Positions 28,322-38,095 of a stretch of 64,000 bases of DNA are shown here, in pieces. The stretch is from an uncultured Candidatus Saccharibacteria bacterium (GTDB taxonomy: Bacteria; Patescibacteriota; Minisyncoccia; Phycocordibacterales; Zambryskibacteraceae): assembly GCA_964642835.1 (NCBI GenBank), contig CAZXQA010000002.1, positions 11,875 through 75,874 on the forward strand. The letters are read 5' to 3'. Made by a program: the position numbers and the translations under genes. The notes under the pieces are model-generated. The model was not told where the DNA came from and searched no databases. It saw only the letters and a program-made list of their open reading frames with translations. The stretch's first letter is position 1, and every line of letters begins with the position of its first letter.

Positions 28322-28810
28322 ATGGCGAAATACAAAAACTTGCCCGACATGTTCACGATGAAGCTCCAAGCCCTCTACGATATTGAGACACATCTGGTGA
28401 AAGCGTTGCCAAAAATGGCCAAGGCCGCCATGGATCCCGTCCTTAAGGCCGCCTTTACCGACCACCTTGCCGAGACCAAGGAGCATGTGGTTCGTCTCCA
28501 GGAAGCCTTCGCTATCTTGGGTGAGAAGAAAAAGAAACTTACCGTCGATGCCATTAGAGGCCTCACCGCTGACGCGGGGTGGTGCATCGCTCATGTGGAA
28601 AAGGGCAACGCTCTCGACGCCGCTCTCATTGGCGCCGCGCGGTATGTCGAGCATTACGAAATGGCTGGCTATCTCGCCGCTCTCGAATGGTCCGATATCT
28701 TAGAGCAGAAGCCCGTCATGGCCCTCCTTGAGAAGACGCTCGCCGAGGAAGAAGGTGCCGACGACATTCTCGCCGAACTTGGCATCACGATTGCCGCAAG
28801 ACTTGTTTAA
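28322..28810 (+). CDS. Ferritin-like domain protein (YciE/YciF, DUF892)
   Basis: Full-length similarity to YciE/YciF stress proteins. Confidence 0.75.
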   Translation: MAKYKNLPDMFTMKLQALYDIETHLVKALPKMAKAAMDPVLKAAFTDHLAETKEHVVRLQEAFAILGEKKKKLTVDAIRGLTADAGWCIAHVEKGNALDAALIGAARYVEHYEMAGYLAALEWSDILEQKPVMALLEKTLAEEEGADDILAELGITIAARLV

Positions 28811-29232
28811 CCGATTTTGTTGCCGAGACCCCAGACCTTGCCGGCTTGGAACGTCGCGAGGGTGAGGAGCCCGAAGATGTAGATAATGTGCTCATCGACG
28901 AGATAGCTGTGTTCCCCAACGTACGGGAAGTTCAATACGACGAAATAGTAAAGCACCATGAGAATCGCGCCGAGCACAGCCGAGAAGCGAACGAAAATAC
29001 CGAGGATAAGAGAGACGCCGAGGAGTGTGAGACCCCATTCGTTCACAAGATTAACGAGCGGCAAGATGTTCGGCTGAAGGAACCAAGCGAAGAAACCATG
29101 GAAGGTCTGCGCGCTCCCGATATATCCTGCGGCACTCCACGAGGAGTCGAGTACTTTGGTAATACCCGCGTAGAAAAAGAGCCAGCCCAAAGAAATTCGA
29201 AGGAAAAAAAGTGAAATATTTTGTGCGTTCAT
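28807..29232 (-). CDS. DoxX-family membrane protein
   Basis: Four TM helices with a DoxX pattern. The internal ATG at 29232 is preferred over the long basic N-terminal extension. Confidence 0.65.
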   Translation of the reverse strand: MNAQNISLFFLRISLGWLFFYAGITKVLDSSWSAAGYIGSAQTFHGFFAWFLQPNILPLVNLVNEWGLTLLGVSLILGIFVRFSAVLGAILMVLYYFVVLNFPYVGEHSYLVDEHIIYIFGLLTLATFQAGKVWGLGNKIG

Positions 29233-29251
29233 GGCAATAGTATAACAGGAG

Positions 29252-29974
29252 TTAAATAAATTTTTTAAACCAAGAAACAGTTTCTTTGTAGAGCTTTTCT
29301 TGAGCGCCCACTTCCGTGAAGTTGTGGGACGCCCCCTTGATGATTGCAAGAGCCTTCTGCCCGGTAAGGGCCTTGAAAACTTTTCCCGCGGCCTTCCCAT
29401 TCCCCTTCTCCGCGCCAATCATTTTAATCGGACGATTAAATGTTTGAGCTAGTGGTATACCTTGAACTCGAGTCGATTCTTGAGCCATTTCTTCACCCAT
29501 AATAATGAAATAGCCACTATCAATGATACGCCCCTTCACGGGAGATTCAATGACCGGGAATTTCAAAAAGGCATCTTTGTACGGCAAATTCGACCCGTCC
29601 CAAGAAACCAGGGCATCGATCAATCCTGTTTTGGTGTGGAGAATCGAGGGGAAACCGTAACTGTGACCCGCGGCCATGATTTTCTTGACACCTTTTTTCT
29701 TAAGAAACTTCAATACCGTATCGATATCTTCTCCGTGCGTCTGAAGGGTGCATTCATGTAGCTTGCGGTGATTCTTTTTCCAAGAATAGAGATTGATCCG
29801 AAATACGGAGAACCCCTGTTTCGTGAAGTGCGAAACCGCATTCTGGTGAAGTGCTTCGTGCGCATAGCCAGAAAGCCCATGCACAAGTAATATGAGCGGC
29901 TTCTTCACATTGCCGTTCAGCATCCCTTCGATAAATTTCCCGTCTGGAGTCTTGATCTTGAAGGTTTGTTCCAT
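29252..29974 (-). CDS. Alpha/beta-fold hydrolase
   Basis: GHSYG nucleophile elbow and alpha/beta hydrolase topology. Confidence 0.7.
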   Translation of the reverse strand: MEQTFKIKTPDGKFIEGMLNGNVKKPLILLVHGLSGYAHEALHQNAVSHFTKQGFSVFRINLYSWKKNHRKLHECTLQTHGEDIDTVLKFLKKKGVKKIMAAGHSYGFPSILHTKTGLIDALVSWDGSNLPYKDAFLKFPVIESPVKGRIIDSGYFIIMGEEMAQESTRVQGIPLAQTFNRPIKMIGAEKGNGKAAGKVFKALTGQKALAIIKGASHNFTEVGAQEKLYKETVSWFKKFI

Positions 29975-29981
29975 GAACTTC

Positions 29982-30383
29982 TTACTCCGTCGTCACGCCA
30001 TCGAACTCGGCTTCGTTCGAGACAGCTTCTTCGCGAGTGGCGCGCACAATGCCGTCAGCGTGATGAGCTGGTGAGTAGATCGTGTAGAACTTGAGATCTT
30101 CGGTCGCCGACGTGTTCACCACATTGTGCTCGGCTCCTCTCGGCACGATTACCGCATCCCCGTCACCCACCTGGTACGTGGTAAGGTCGATCATCACTTC
30201 TCCGGTCCCGGCTTCGAAGCGGAAGAACTGGTCATTGTCTTCGTGCACCTCCGCGCCAATCTCCTCTCCTGGCTTTAGCGACATGAGCACGAGTTGCGAA
30301 CGCTCGCCAGTGTAGAGCACGTGGCGGAAGTCTGTATTCTCCTTCGTCAACTTTTCAATATTGTCTTTGTATCCTTTTTTCAT
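29982..30383 (-). CDS. Cupin-domain protein
   Basis: Cupin motifs (GAEVHEDNDQFF...GDGDAVIVPRGAEHN). Confidence 0.7.
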   Translation of the reverse strand: MKKGYKDNIEKLTKENTDFRHVLYTGERSQLVLMSLKPGEEIGAEVHEDNDQFFRFEAGTGEVMIDLTTYQVGDGDAVIVPRGAEHNVVNTSATEDLKFYTIYSPAHHADGIVRATREEAVSNEAEFDGVTTE

Positions 30384-30420
30384 GATGTAGCGAAATTATG
30401 TAGACACCTCCTCAATAATA

Positions 30421-32163
30421 CTACGATCTCTCTCCAATCTGCTGCCTCCACATCGCGTAGTAAAGGCCCTTCTTCTCGAGGAGTTCCTCGTGGGCTCCCA
30501 TTTCCGCCACCTCTCCTTTCTCCAAGACGTAGATCCGATCGGCGTGCATGATCGTCGAGAGACGGTGCGCGATGAGAACGGTAATGTGCGCGTGAAGCGT
30601 CGAGATATCGCGGACGGTCTTCCCTATTTCCGCTTCGGTAATGGAGTCGAGCGCGCTCGTCGCTTCGTCAAAGATAAGGATGTTCGGCTTGCGAAGCAGG
30701 GCGCGCGCGATCGAGAGACGCTGCTTCTCCCCACCAGAAACTTTCACTCCTCCCTCCCCGATCACGGTATCAAGCCCCTTACCACCACGCTCCAAGAGAC
30801 TCTGGCACTGTGCCTTGTTGAGCGCGTCGAGGCACTCGCTGTCGGTCGCGGCAGAGTTAACGAAGAGAAGGTTCTCACGAATTGTTCCGGAGAAGAGCTG
30901 AGTATCCTGCGTCACAAAGCCGATCTGAGAACGAAGCTCTTCTTTGTCGATCTCCGTGTACGGCATGCCGTTGTAGAGAATCGTGCCTCCTGTCGGCTCA
31001 TAGAGTCCGACGAGGAGCTTCACGAGCGAGGTCTTCCCAGAGCCAGACGGACCAACAAAGGCGATCGTCTCGCCGCGAGAAGCTTCGTACGAGATCCCAG
31101 AGAGAGCCTGAGTGGTGGCCGAGCGATAGCCGAAGGAGACATCTTTGAACGCGAGCGTCGTTACGGGCCCAAGCGTCTGTGGCGCCACGGCCTTCGGCTC
31201 AGCCGGAGTGTTCATGAGCTTCGAGTAGTTCGCGAGCGAGGCTTCGGCCTGGCGGTAAGTGCCAATGAAGCTTGTGATCTGCGACATCGGGAAGAAAAGC
31301 CAGAAGGAGTAAATGTTGAGTGAAAGATACTGACCGAAGGTAATCCGCTCGGTAAAGATGAGGTAGAAGAGGAAGAAGTAGAGACCGGCTCGGATAAAGT
31401 TTGTGACCGTTCCCTGCACGAAGTCGAGCATGCGCAGATATCTCAGCTTCTTCAACTCAAGCGCCAAGATCTTCTCCGTCACGGCGTTCAAACGATCCAC
31501 TTCCTGTGTCGCAAGACCAAGCGCCTTCACAAGCTCAATATTCCGCAAGGATTCCGTCGTCGCGCCGGCCAAGGCCGTTGTCTCGGCCACGATGGTCTGC
31601 TGGATAACCTTAATCTTTCTCGAGAAGACGAGCGTGATGGTGCTCACGATCGTGATCATGGCGATAAAGATAAGCGGGATCACCCAATACACCGATGCGG
31701 CATAGACCAAGACAAAGGCGAGAATAATAACCGACATGAACACGACGTTGATCGTGTCCGAGATAAGCTTCTCGGTATCCTGGCGAGCCTTCTGCAATTT
31801 CCCAAGCGTCTCCCCGCTCCGCTCATCCTCGAAGGTGGCGTACGGCAAGTCGAGTGAGTGGCGAACACCCTCGCGGTACATATCGGCGCCGGAGCGCTGG
31901 CTTACCGTGTTGAGGAAATAATCCTGGAAGTTCTTGGCAATGCGAGACACGAAGGCGTTGCCAATGAAGAGGAGGAGTAAGAGTCCGGTCCCTCGGAAAA
32001 ACGTGGCGCGAGAAATCTCGTGGAAGCGGAGCGCGTACTCGTCAATGACGCGCTGGAAGATGATTGGCTCGAGAAGCGAGAATACGTTGTTCACCGCCGC
32101 CAATACCAAGACTAAAGCACACAGCTTCCAATATTTCTTGAGATAGGTAAATAAAATTTTCAT
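30421..32163 (-). CDS. ABC exporter, fused permease/ATPase (MsbA-like)
   Basis: Six-TM domain, GPSGSGKTS Walker A, LSGGEKQRLSIARAL signature, and Walker B ILIFDEATSALD. Confidence 0.9.
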   Translation of the reverse strand: MKILFTYLKKYWKLCALVLVLAAVNNVFSLLEPIIFQRVIDEYALRFHEISRATFFRGTGLLLLLFIGNAFVSRIAKNFQDYFLNTVSQRSGADMYREGVRHSLDLPYATFEDERSGETLGKLQKARQDTEKLISDTINVVFMSVIILAFVLVYAASVYWVIPLIFIAMITIVSTITLVFSRKIKVIQQTIVAETTALAGATTESLRNIELVKALGLATQEVDRLNAVTEKILALELKKLRYLRMLDFVQGTVTNFIRAGLYFFLFYLIFTERITFGQYLSLNIYSFWLFFPMSQITSFIGTYRQAEASLANYSKLMNTPAEPKAVAPQTLGPVTTLAFKDVSFGYRSATTQALSGISYEASRGETIAFVGPSGSGKTSLVKLLVGLYEPTGGTILYNGMPYTEIDKEELRSQIGFVTQDTQLFSGTIRENLLFVNSAATDSECLDALNKAQCQSLLERGGKGLDTVIGEGGVKVSGGEKQRLSIARALLRKPNILIFDEATSALDSITEAEIGKTVRDISTLHAHITVLIAHRLSTIMHADRIYVLEKGEVAEMGAHEELLEKKGLYYAMWRQQIGERS

Positions 32164-32190
32164 AAGAAAATCTACTATACTACAAACCCT

Positions 32191-32589
32191 TTAGACGAGT
32201 TCACCGCAGTAGGCGCAGCGCTTGGCCTCACGCGGAATCTCCGAGAGACACTCAGGGCACTTCTTGGTAGCAGGGTCAGCCGGCGCCTCTTTATGCGAAC
32301 GGGCGATAAGAAGATTCATCGGTTTAATCACGAAGAAAAAGACCGTGCCCGTGACGAGGAGGAAGGAGATGAGCGCGTTCAAGAAGTGACCGTAGAGGAA
32401 TTCACTTCCGTTCAGGCTGAAGGTAAGCGCGCTGAAGTCAGGAAGCTTGGCAACCGCCGAGATAAACGGGGTGAGAATGTCTGAGACAAGAGCGGTAACA
32501 ACGGTACCGAAAGCCGCTCCCACCATGACACCCACCGCGAGATCTACCACGTTCCCCCGGAGGAGAAATTGTTTGAATTCTTTAAGCAT
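32191..32589 (-). CDS. mscL: Large-conductance mechanosensitive channel MscL with a C-terminal CxxC...CxxC zinc-ribbon tail
   Basis: LKEFKQFLLRGNVVDLAVGVMVGAAF matches the MscL N-terminus. The C-terminal CPECLSEI...CAYCG is unusual. Confidence 0.85.
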   Translation of the reverse strand: MLKEFKQFLLRGNVVDLAVGVMVGAAFGTVVTALVSDILTPFISAVAKLPDFSALTFSLNGSEFLYGHFLNALISFLLVTGTVFFFVIKPMNLLIARSHKEAPADPATKKCPECLSEIPREAKRCAYCGELV

Positions 32590-32635
32590 ACGACTATGGT
32601 ACACCAAATAAACGCAGGAGGAGGCAACATGCGTC

Positions 32636-33097
32636 CTAGATCGAAGGCGTGAGCTTCGCCTTGGCGAAGCCGACCGAGAAGGCGCGGCACCAAATCCACA
32701 CTTCGTTGTAGTCGAGGAGATTCACTCCCGCGGGCACTTCGTAGTTCTGGGAACCGAGGTTGCCCTTTAGTTTCCCCACTTCCGTCCCCTTCGCATACGC
32801 ACCATCCTTCCCTAACCCCACATAGAGATCCGGGCCGTTGGCAACGGCGAAGTTGTCTTCCAGCCGAATAATATATTTCTCTCCCACTTGAATAACGCTC
32901 ACGTTACCAGAACCCGTGTGAACTGCATCGAACCCTGTAAACAATCCTCGAAGCGCGAGCACGGGCTGCACTCCCTCTGACTCAGCGGTGAGATTAAATT
33001 CTTCAGAAACGCGCTTATCGATAAAGAGCGGCGAAATCGTCCAGTAACCGAACCCGAGAGCTAGAATGACAACGACTCCGATGATAAGTTTTTTCAT
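32636..33097 (-). CDS. DM13-domain secreted protein
   Basis: N-terminal TM/signal and DM13-like core (HTGSGNVSVIQVGEKYIIRLEDNFAVANGPDLYVGLGKD). Confidence 0.65.
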   Translation of the reverse strand: MKKLIIGVVVILALGFGYWTISPLFIDKRVSEEFNLTAESEGVQPVLALRGLFTGFDAVHTGSGNVSVIQVGEKYIIRLEDNFAVANGPDLYVGLGKDGAYAKGTEVGKLKGNLGSQNYEVPAGVNLLDYNEVWIWCRAFSVGFAKAKLTPSI

Positions 33098-33130
33098 AAG
33101 TAGAAAATTAATCTAGATGGCTTCTCAAAT

Positions 33131-33168
33131 GTATACCTAGAAGGGGTTAAAGAGAAGCCGGATTTTAT
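33131..33168 (-). repeat. Cassette repeat R0, truncated terminal copy (T-module 3' part only)
   Basis: gtatacctagaaggggttaaagagaagccggattttat matches the distal part of R1-R6. It marks the distal end of the array. Confidence 0.7.
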
Positions 33169-33177
33169 AAAACTTGC

Positions 33178-33699
33178 CTACTTAGCTAAATCCAACACGT
33201 TTGCCAAAACGCTCTCAATATCTTGATTCGCATCCACCACCAATGCACCCTGCTCCACCAAGCTTCTTTCTATCTTCTCTTTTCTTTCAAGAATATAGTC
33301 CTGAACTTCTGGAGATTTACCGAACCCATTATCGGTTCGAGCAAGTAATCTGCTGCGGACATTCTCTGGGCTCGCAACTAACAAAATTACTTTGCTAAAC
33401 AATGAGACTATTTCTTCTAAGTTATTCGGAGCTCCACAATAGAAAACTAATTCATTCTCCTGATTAGCAATAATCTCTTTGAGCTTATCCTTTTTATACA
33501 GCCAATACATCTTCTGGATTTTCTCCAGATCATTGTTGTTGTCATAGGGTGTAGGAAGTCCTGTCTTTTTATCCACCATGACACACAAATCTTCCACTCC
33601 ATCCATATCACGAGTTTCGTAACCTAAAGCTTTGAGTCTGCGGCTTACTTCGGACTTACCTGAGCCGCTAACTCCTGCAATAAGAATTGATTGCTTCAT
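33178..33699 (-). CDS. Cassette gene 1: P-loop NTPase / nucleoside-nucleotide kinase-like
   Basis: GVSGSGKS Walker A near the N-terminus; small kinase fold. Confidence 0.7.
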   Translation of the reverse strand: MKQSILIAGVSGSGKSEVSRRLKALGYETRDMDGVEDLCVMVDKKTGLPTPYDNNNDLEKIQKMYWLYKKDKLKEIIANQENELVFYCGAPNNLEEIVSLFSKVILLVASPENVRSRLLARTDNGFGKSPEVQDYILERKEKIERSLVEQGALVVDANQDIESVLANVLDLAK

Positions 33700-33806
33700 G
33701 CAGAAACTATACCAGAATAAGAATCGTTGGGGCCAGAGTAGGAAAATTATTCTGAGGGTGTTTTCAGATAGAGTATACCTGGAAGGGGTTAAAGAGAAGC
33801 TGGATT
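33700..33806 (-). repeat. Cassette repeat R1 (P-module + T-module)
   Basis: ataccagaataag...ttggggccagagtaggaaaattattctg...gtatacctggaaggggttaaagagaagctggatttta; the upstream gene's TAA stop is embedded in the repeat. Confidence 0.85.
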
Positions 33807-34361
33807 TTATCTCATCATTTCAACTAATCCCTCTAAACAAGGAGGTAACTGTGTCCATCCACTAGACCCGTTAAGATGCCTGCCATTTGGCACAAGAACC
33901 AACTCACCCCCCAATTCCCTTGAAAGGGTTCCGGCGTTAGACACTGGAACATTTGGATCATTGTCTCCGTGGATAATCAGAAACTTACCGCATTTTGTCT
34001 TAGCTTTTTGATAATCAAAAGGAGTTTCAAGGAACGTATCAATCTTCCTATTGTTATTCTTCTCACTGGGACCGGACACAAGCACAACCCCAGCGATATT
34101 CCTTGATTCTTCGGACTCCAAATAACGCAGAATTGCTGGGACACCCAAGCTGTGTCCTACGAGATAGATCTCATCTTCCGTATTCATATCTGCCACTCTT
34201 CTGATTTCATTTACCCAATCATTGCAAATAGGTTGAGATGGGTTGGGCATTGGTAAGGCACAAGCATAGACATCGTGCTTCTCAAGCTCTCCCATCAACC
34301 AAGGTCTCCATCCACCATTTGGGCTTCCTTCAAATCCGTGAATTATAAAAACTTTTTTCAT
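33807..34361 (-). CDS. Cassette gene 2: YdeN/RBBP9-like serine alpha/beta hydrolase
   Basis: GHSLG nucleophile elbow and IHGDNDPNVP, in an alpha/beta hydrolase of about 185 aa. Confidence 0.7.
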   Translation of the reverse strand: MKKVFIIHGFEGSPNGGWRPWLMGELEKHDVYACALPMPNPSQPICNDWVNEIRRVADMNTEDEIYLVGHSLGVPAILRYLESEESRNIAGVVLVSGPSEKNNNRKIDTFLETPFDYQKAKTKCGKFLIIHGDNDPNVPVSNAGTLSRELGGELVLVPNGRHLNGSSGWTQLPPCLEGLVEMMR

Positions 34362-34454
34362 TTCAATACTTTAATAATACCTTTAATTGCTTCGAGTTTA
34401 TTGTCTGGATTCTTAAACCGCCAAAGATACTCTTCCAAATGAGCTGCGACACTC

Positions 34455-34613
34455 GGCTTATCCTTATATGGTAACGACTATACCAGAATAAGCCACTCAC
34501 CTACCCCTTCAAGAACCTTATTCTGAACTGGGGCCAGAACAGGAAAATTATTCTGGAGGTGTTTTCGGATAGGGTTTATTTGGAGAGTCTGAGGGAAAAG
34601 CTCGATTTTATAG
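34455..34613 (-). repeat. Cassette repeat R2
   Basis: Same P and T modules. The P-module has an extra inverted copy (cagaataag...cttattctg). An 80-nt stretch with a start-less 38-codon ORF lies between the P-module and the gene 2 ATG. Confidence 0.85.
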
Positions 34614-35255
34614 CTAAAGCAGCTCCTTAAGTTCAATAAGATTATTCACTTTCTTCCACGCAACCTTTTCCAACTCAACCGCCTCAAACTCCGTTCTTAC
34701 AGCAACACCATTGCTGGTGAGACTAAACAGACCAATATCGTTAGAGCTGTCCCCCACTGGCACACATTCATTTATATTGAGCCCGTGTTTTTCTCTAAAC
34801 TGATTGAATAATTCAATCTTCTTCTCCTTATCACCAGTTACGGTTATAACGTCAGTCAAATTATCTTTTTCATCCCAGACCAATGTCGATATTGCATACC
34901 AATCTGGTATACCAAGCTCTTCTCCTACAAGTTGAGCGTAAAGATCGAAGGAGCCGGTAATCATACAAAGTTTATATCCTTTTTCTTTTAGGTAAGAGAT
35001 TATTTCCTTTGCATCCTCCCTGATGGGAATCTCTTTAAGAATCTTTGTTATATCTTTTTTATTCGCCTTGCCTTCCTTAGACCAGTTTTCAAGACAAAGT
35101 TTATTAGATTCTTGAAGAGTCAACTCTCCCCTTTTCCATCTACCATAAATTTCATCATGGACTTCTATGGATCCGCCTAATCCCAAAGTAAACCTATTCC
35201 AAGAAATATCCCGAGTAAGAGTCCCGTCTATATCAAAAACTACAGCTTTAAACAT
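34614..35255 (-). CDS. Cassette gene 3: HAD-superfamily hydrolase (phosphoserine-phosphatase-like)
   Basis: N-terminal DIDGTL motif I and other HAD motifs (GDSSNDIG). Confidence 0.8.
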   Translation of the reverse strand: MFKAVVFDIDGTLTRDISWNRFTLGLGGSIEVHDEIYGRWKRGELTLQESNKLCLENWSKEGKANKKDITKILKEIPIREDAKEIISYLKEKGYKLCMITGSFDLYAQLVGEELGIPDWYAISTLVWDEKDNLTDVITVTGDKEKKIELFNQFREKHGLNINECVPVGDSSNDIGLFSLTSNGVAVRTEFEAVELEKVAWKKVNNLIELKELL

Positions 35256-35510
35256 ATTAAAACTATACCAGAATAAGAATCGTTGGGGCGACTATCGGGA
35301 TTCGGTCACGGATAATTTCTTGCTAGAAATTTCCGCTACCCCCCGCTCGGCCCGTCGGCCTCCGCACTTCGAATCCCGTAGACGTGAATAGAAAAAGCCG
35401 CCACACGGGCGGGCCTTTTCTATTCATGGGCCAGAGTAGGAAAACTATTCTGGATGTCTTCTCAGATAGAGTATACCTTGAGGGTGTCAAAGAGAAGCTG
35501 GATTTTATTG
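35256..35510 (-). repeat. Cassette repeat R3 with a 142-nt insert (35289..35430)
   Basis: The insert begins with a tRNA-His 3'-end-like cgactatcggg. It shares a 55-nt GC-rich segment with the tRNA-Val scar. It carries a bidirectional terminator hairpin at 35386..35425. Confidence 0.85.
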
Positions 35511-36389
35511 CTAACTTTGCAGCTTAGTTTGTTGCCAAGTGATATGAGGCAAAGCAGCTGCCAACATAATCAAACTGCCGCCGACAGCAATTTGAATAGT
35601 AAGGGCTTCTTTGAAGATAAGGATGCCGAAGATAACCGCAAATACCACTTCAAGCAATGACAACAAACCTCCAACACTCGCTTCGATGTATTTATAACCT
35701 TCTATAGCAAGCCAGAATCCAAGTAGACTCACTACTGCATAAATAACCAGATACAGCCAAGTAATATTCAATACTGGCCAATGTTGCATCTCTCCTAAAG
35801 CAACTGACGCCACAGCATTTGTAATGGCGATTATGATCCAACTGAGCCATGTAATATATAAGGGAGAATAAGACCCGGTTAGTTTCTTTGAAGAAGACAA
35901 TTCAAGTCCACTCGCCAATCCATTAAGAAGAGCCATGGAAGCTGCAAGAAGCGTAAACGCCGTCAAAGAGAACGAGAAGGTGATATAAAGCCCTAAGCAG
36001 GCAAGAAGAAAAGCGAATAGCTTTATTCTTGTCACCCGCTCTCCGAGAAATATAAAGCCAAAGGAATACATCATGATAATCATGCCGACAAAGAACAAGA
36101 GAGTGGCGGTACCAATGTCCATATGATTAAACGCATAGTAGATAGGGGCCTGAGTAAGTGAAGTAGAGACAAGGAACACCGACATCCATTTCCAATCCTC
36201 TCTCTTTATTGAAACAATTTGTTTCTTGTATAAAACAATTGGCAAAAGAAGAACTGCAATTAAAAGAGTTCTCGTCCAACCTTGATAGAAAACACCAAAA
36301 CTATCCCCCATTAGTCGAGACCAGACTCCATAACTTCCAAACATAAGAGTGGAAACAAGAAGAAAACCTATTCCCTTTGAAACTTTCAT
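35511..36389 (-). CDS. Cassette gene 4: EamA/DMT-family transporter
   Basis: Ten TM helices with duplicated EamA-type halves. Confidence 0.75.
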   Translation of the reverse strand: MKVSKGIGFLLVSTLMFGSYGVWSRLMGDSFGVFYQGWTRTLLIAVLLLPIVLYKKQIVSIKREDWKWMSVFLVSTSLTQAPIYYAFNHMDIGTATLLFFVGMIIMMYSFGFIFLGERVTRIKLFAFLLACLGLYITFSFSLTAFTLLAASMALLNGLASGLELSSSKKLTGSYSPLYITWLSWIIIAITNAVASVALGEMQHWPVLNITWLYLVIYAVVSLLGFWLAIEGYKYIEASVGGLLSLLEVVFAVIFGILIFKEALTIQIAVGGSLIMLAAALPHITWQQTKLQS

Positions 36390-36700
36390 ATTAAAACTAT
36401 ACCAGAATAAGCATCCTTCCCTACCCCTTCGAAAACCTTATTCTGAATTGGGGCGACTAGAGAGACGCTACGCTATCGAACTCCTCGGAAACCCACGGTT
36501 TTCCGAATCCTTCCTCCACGGGGAACTCCCGTTCCCCGACCCCCTCCCCGTTCGATTCTCTCCAGGGCCGGAGTGAAAATAAAAAGACCCACGCGAGGCG
36601 GATCTTTTTATTTTCATGGGCCAGAGTAGGAAAATTATTCTGGAGGTGTTTTCGGATAGAGTGTACCTAGAAGGGGTTAAAGAAAAGCTGGATTTTATCT
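36390..36700 (-). repeat. Cassette repeat R4 with a 167-nt insert (36454..36620)
   Basis: The insert begins cgactagagag... This is a degenerate copy of the tRNA-His variable loop, T-arm and acceptor on the same strand as tRNA-His. It also has an AAAATAAAAAGA...TCTTTTTATTTT terminator hairpin at 36575..36615. Confidence 0.85.
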
Positions 36701-37231
36701 CTAACTTTCAGCTTTCTTCACCATCTCCATCTCGGTAAAGATAGCCCCACTTTTCATTCTAAACCGCTCGTCTTGGAACCTCCTGCCCGTATCTGTAAAT
36801 CCAATATTCTTATAGAAGTTAATGGCCCCTTGATTGTAATCAACAACTTCCACATATGTATCTTTTGTATGGTCAGTGAATTCTATCGCTTTTGACCAGA
36901 GCAGTTTACCAACGCCCTTACCTTGAAAATCAGGGAGGACATAGATTGCCTGAAGCTGGTTTCTATCTTCTTTCTTAATTACACGACACACCCCAATTAC
37001 TTCACCGCTATTTTTAGCCACCAATAAAATCTCATCCTCCTTTGACTCTAGAATTTGTTTACGTTGCTTTTCCACACCCCCTTCTTCCCTCTTCTTATTA
37101 ATCCTCTCTTGAATATCCTCAAGATAAATGCCCTTTTCTTCGTTTGGGTAAGTAGCGAGCCAAGTTATATCAAAAACATTCCGAATTCCTTCAGCATCTT
37201 CCGGCTTTGGTTTTTCAATAACAAAATCCAT
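36701..37231 (-). CDS. Cassette gene 5: GNAT-family N-acetyltransferase
   Basis: Acetyl-CoA binding motif VLPDFQGKGVGKLL and the GNAT fold. Confidence 0.85.
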   Translation of the reverse strand: MDFVIEKPKPEDAEGIRNVFDITWLATYPNEEKGIYLEDIQERINKKREEGGVEKQRKQILESKEDEILLVAKNSGEVIGVCRVIKKEDRNQLQAIYVLPDFQGKGVGKLLWSKAIEFTDHTKDTYVEVVDYNQGAINFYKNIGFTDTGRRFQDERFRMKSGAIFTEMEMVKKAES

Positions 37232-37388
37232 TACTCAAACTATATCAGAATAAGCATCCTTCTTTACCCCTTCGAGAACCTTATTCTGAATTGGGGCCAG
37301 AGTAGGAAAATTATTCTGGAAGTATTCTCAGATAGAGTATACCTGGAGGGGGTTAAAGAAAAGCTGGATTTTATTGCTAACTTCCCAA
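37232..37388 (-). repeat. Cassette repeat R5
   Basis: Same organisation as R4 but without the insert. Confidence 0.85.
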
Positions 37389-37949
37389 TCACTTATCTTG
37401 CCCGGTCCTAAATTTAAGATTTGGTGGGGTAACCTTACTTTGACCACCACCATATTGACTTTGAATCTTTTGAACTACCGGGTCTTTTAACTCCGCAAAT
37501 ACCATCATCGCAATAGGGTCCTTGAATTTAAGTTTGACTCTAAAGTTGCCTACATTTTTTATTTCAAGCACAACAACGTGAGGCATTTCAAATGTCCCAT
37601 CTGCAATAGAAGCAGTGATGTGAGTCGTTATGCCTAAACGAGCAACAGTGCTTCTACCATCTAAAATTGCCAAGATATTTGGCGGAGTTTGTATGGCTTC
37701 ATAAGTTGCTCCAAGAATAAACTGATTTGGTTCAAGATAAAATTCTTCTTTAGTAAGGTCAATTTCCTTATACTTGAGCTCTTGTGCCCCTCCAATCTCA
37801 ACTGTTTGATTTGGTTCAGGAACAAGAATTTCTTTTGCCAAATGAATGCGAAGTCCGACTGGCCTGATATTTTTCTTATCAAATTCTGGCTTGATAATTA
37901 TCTGTCCTTCGTCTATGAGTTTCTCAATTGTTTGGTGTGATAAAAACAT
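37389..37949 (-). CDS. Cassette gene 6: dCTP deaminase / dUTPase-superfamily protein
   Basis: Similarity to Dcd-like proteins (IKPEFDKKNIRPVGLRIHL...ILGATYEAIQTPPNILAILDGRSTVARLGI). Confidence 0.7.
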   Translation of the reverse strand: MFLSHQTIEKLIDEGQIIIKPEFDKKNIRPVGLRIHLAKEILVPEPNQTVEIGGAQELKYKEIDLTKEEFYLEPNQFILGATYEAIQTPPNILAILDGRSTVARLGITTHITASIADGTFEMPHVVVLEIKNVGNFRVKLKFKDPIAMMVFAELKDPVVQKIQSQYGGGQSKVTPPNLKFRTGQDK

Positions 37950-38095
37950 ACGTTAAGTATAAGTCAGAATAAGAACCTATTCCTACTCCTTCAGATAAAT
38001 TATTCGTTGGGCCAGAGTAGGAAAATTATTCTGGAGGTGTTTAGTGATAGGGTTTATTTGGAGAGCGTGGCGGAAAAACTCGATTTTATAGGTAA
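37950..38095 (-). repeat. Cassette repeat R6
   Basis: Same P and T modules. Confidence 0.85.
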
